This document shows, piece after piece, positions 57,683 through 57,812 of a DNA stretch of 57,812 nucleotides. The notes beneath the pieces were generated by a model that saw only the letters and a list, made by a program, of their open reading frames with translations, made no database searches and was not told the DNA's origin. A program made the position numbers and the translations under genes. Within the stretch, counting starts at the first letter, position 1. The number at the start of each line of letters is the position of its first letter. This stretch comes from Fimbriimonadales bacterium (GTDB taxonomy: Bacteria; Armatimonadota; Fimbriimonadia; Fimbriimonadales; JABRVX01): positions 1 to 57,812 of the forward strand of contig BTVI01000022.1 of the NCBI GenBank assembly GCA_045862955.1, written 5' to 3'.

Positions 57683-57774
57683 TGGCGGAGTGGGTGGGAT
57701 TCGAACCCACGAGCCGCCTTTCGGCGACTACACGATTTCCAGTCGTGCTCCTTCGACCACTCGGACACCACTCC
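57683..57774 (-). tRNA. tRNA-Ser (GGA)
   Basis: GGAGTGG/CCACTCC acceptor stem, CACGA-CTGGAAA-TCGTG anticodon arm, long variable arm, GGTTCGAATCC, encoded CCA. Confidence 0.97.
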
Positions 57775-57812
57775 GGCGGGCCCTATTATGCGTCTCGGCA
57801 TTCGGGAAGTCA

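Noticed and set aside
57240..57774. Integrative element at tRNA-Ser
   Set aside because: No integrase and no duplicated tRNA 3' end found; only a possible DUF1801 remnant

Overview
GC-rich bacterial chromosomal window of mostly housekeeping and catabolic genes: dcyD-like/ald, prolyl oligopeptidase, GH4, trmD-rplS-lepB, a 2-hydroxyacid dehydrogenase-esterase-galactarate dehydratase operon, DUF1800/DUF1501, HAD-queA-HTH-GT4-dgt, OsmC-tpiA-thioesterase, PBP1A-mrdA, hpt, sigH, rqcH, an adenylate cyclase-STAND ATPase, URO-D family, PIG-L, cupin and tRNA-Ser(GGA). PEP-CTERM proteins, a Firmicutes-type SigH and dockerin-like tails together suggest Armatimonadota (inference only). No integrase, transposase, Cas or phage genes were recognised. 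Most notable: (1) three unrelated secreted proteins share a ~140-aa C-terminal beta-domain plus dockerin-like EF-hand module, two ending identically in FGRVGDP, a candidate lineage-specific surface-display system; (2) five mosaic clusters built on one 26-bp CGTC-tagged REP-like palindrome, with 15- and 17-bp minisatellites on its CGTC side; (3) two decayed PEP-CTERM genes and a pseudogenised tandem paralog, none of which the ORF track shows intact; (4) several apparently leaderless genes. All assignments come from reading motifs by eye; no searches were run.
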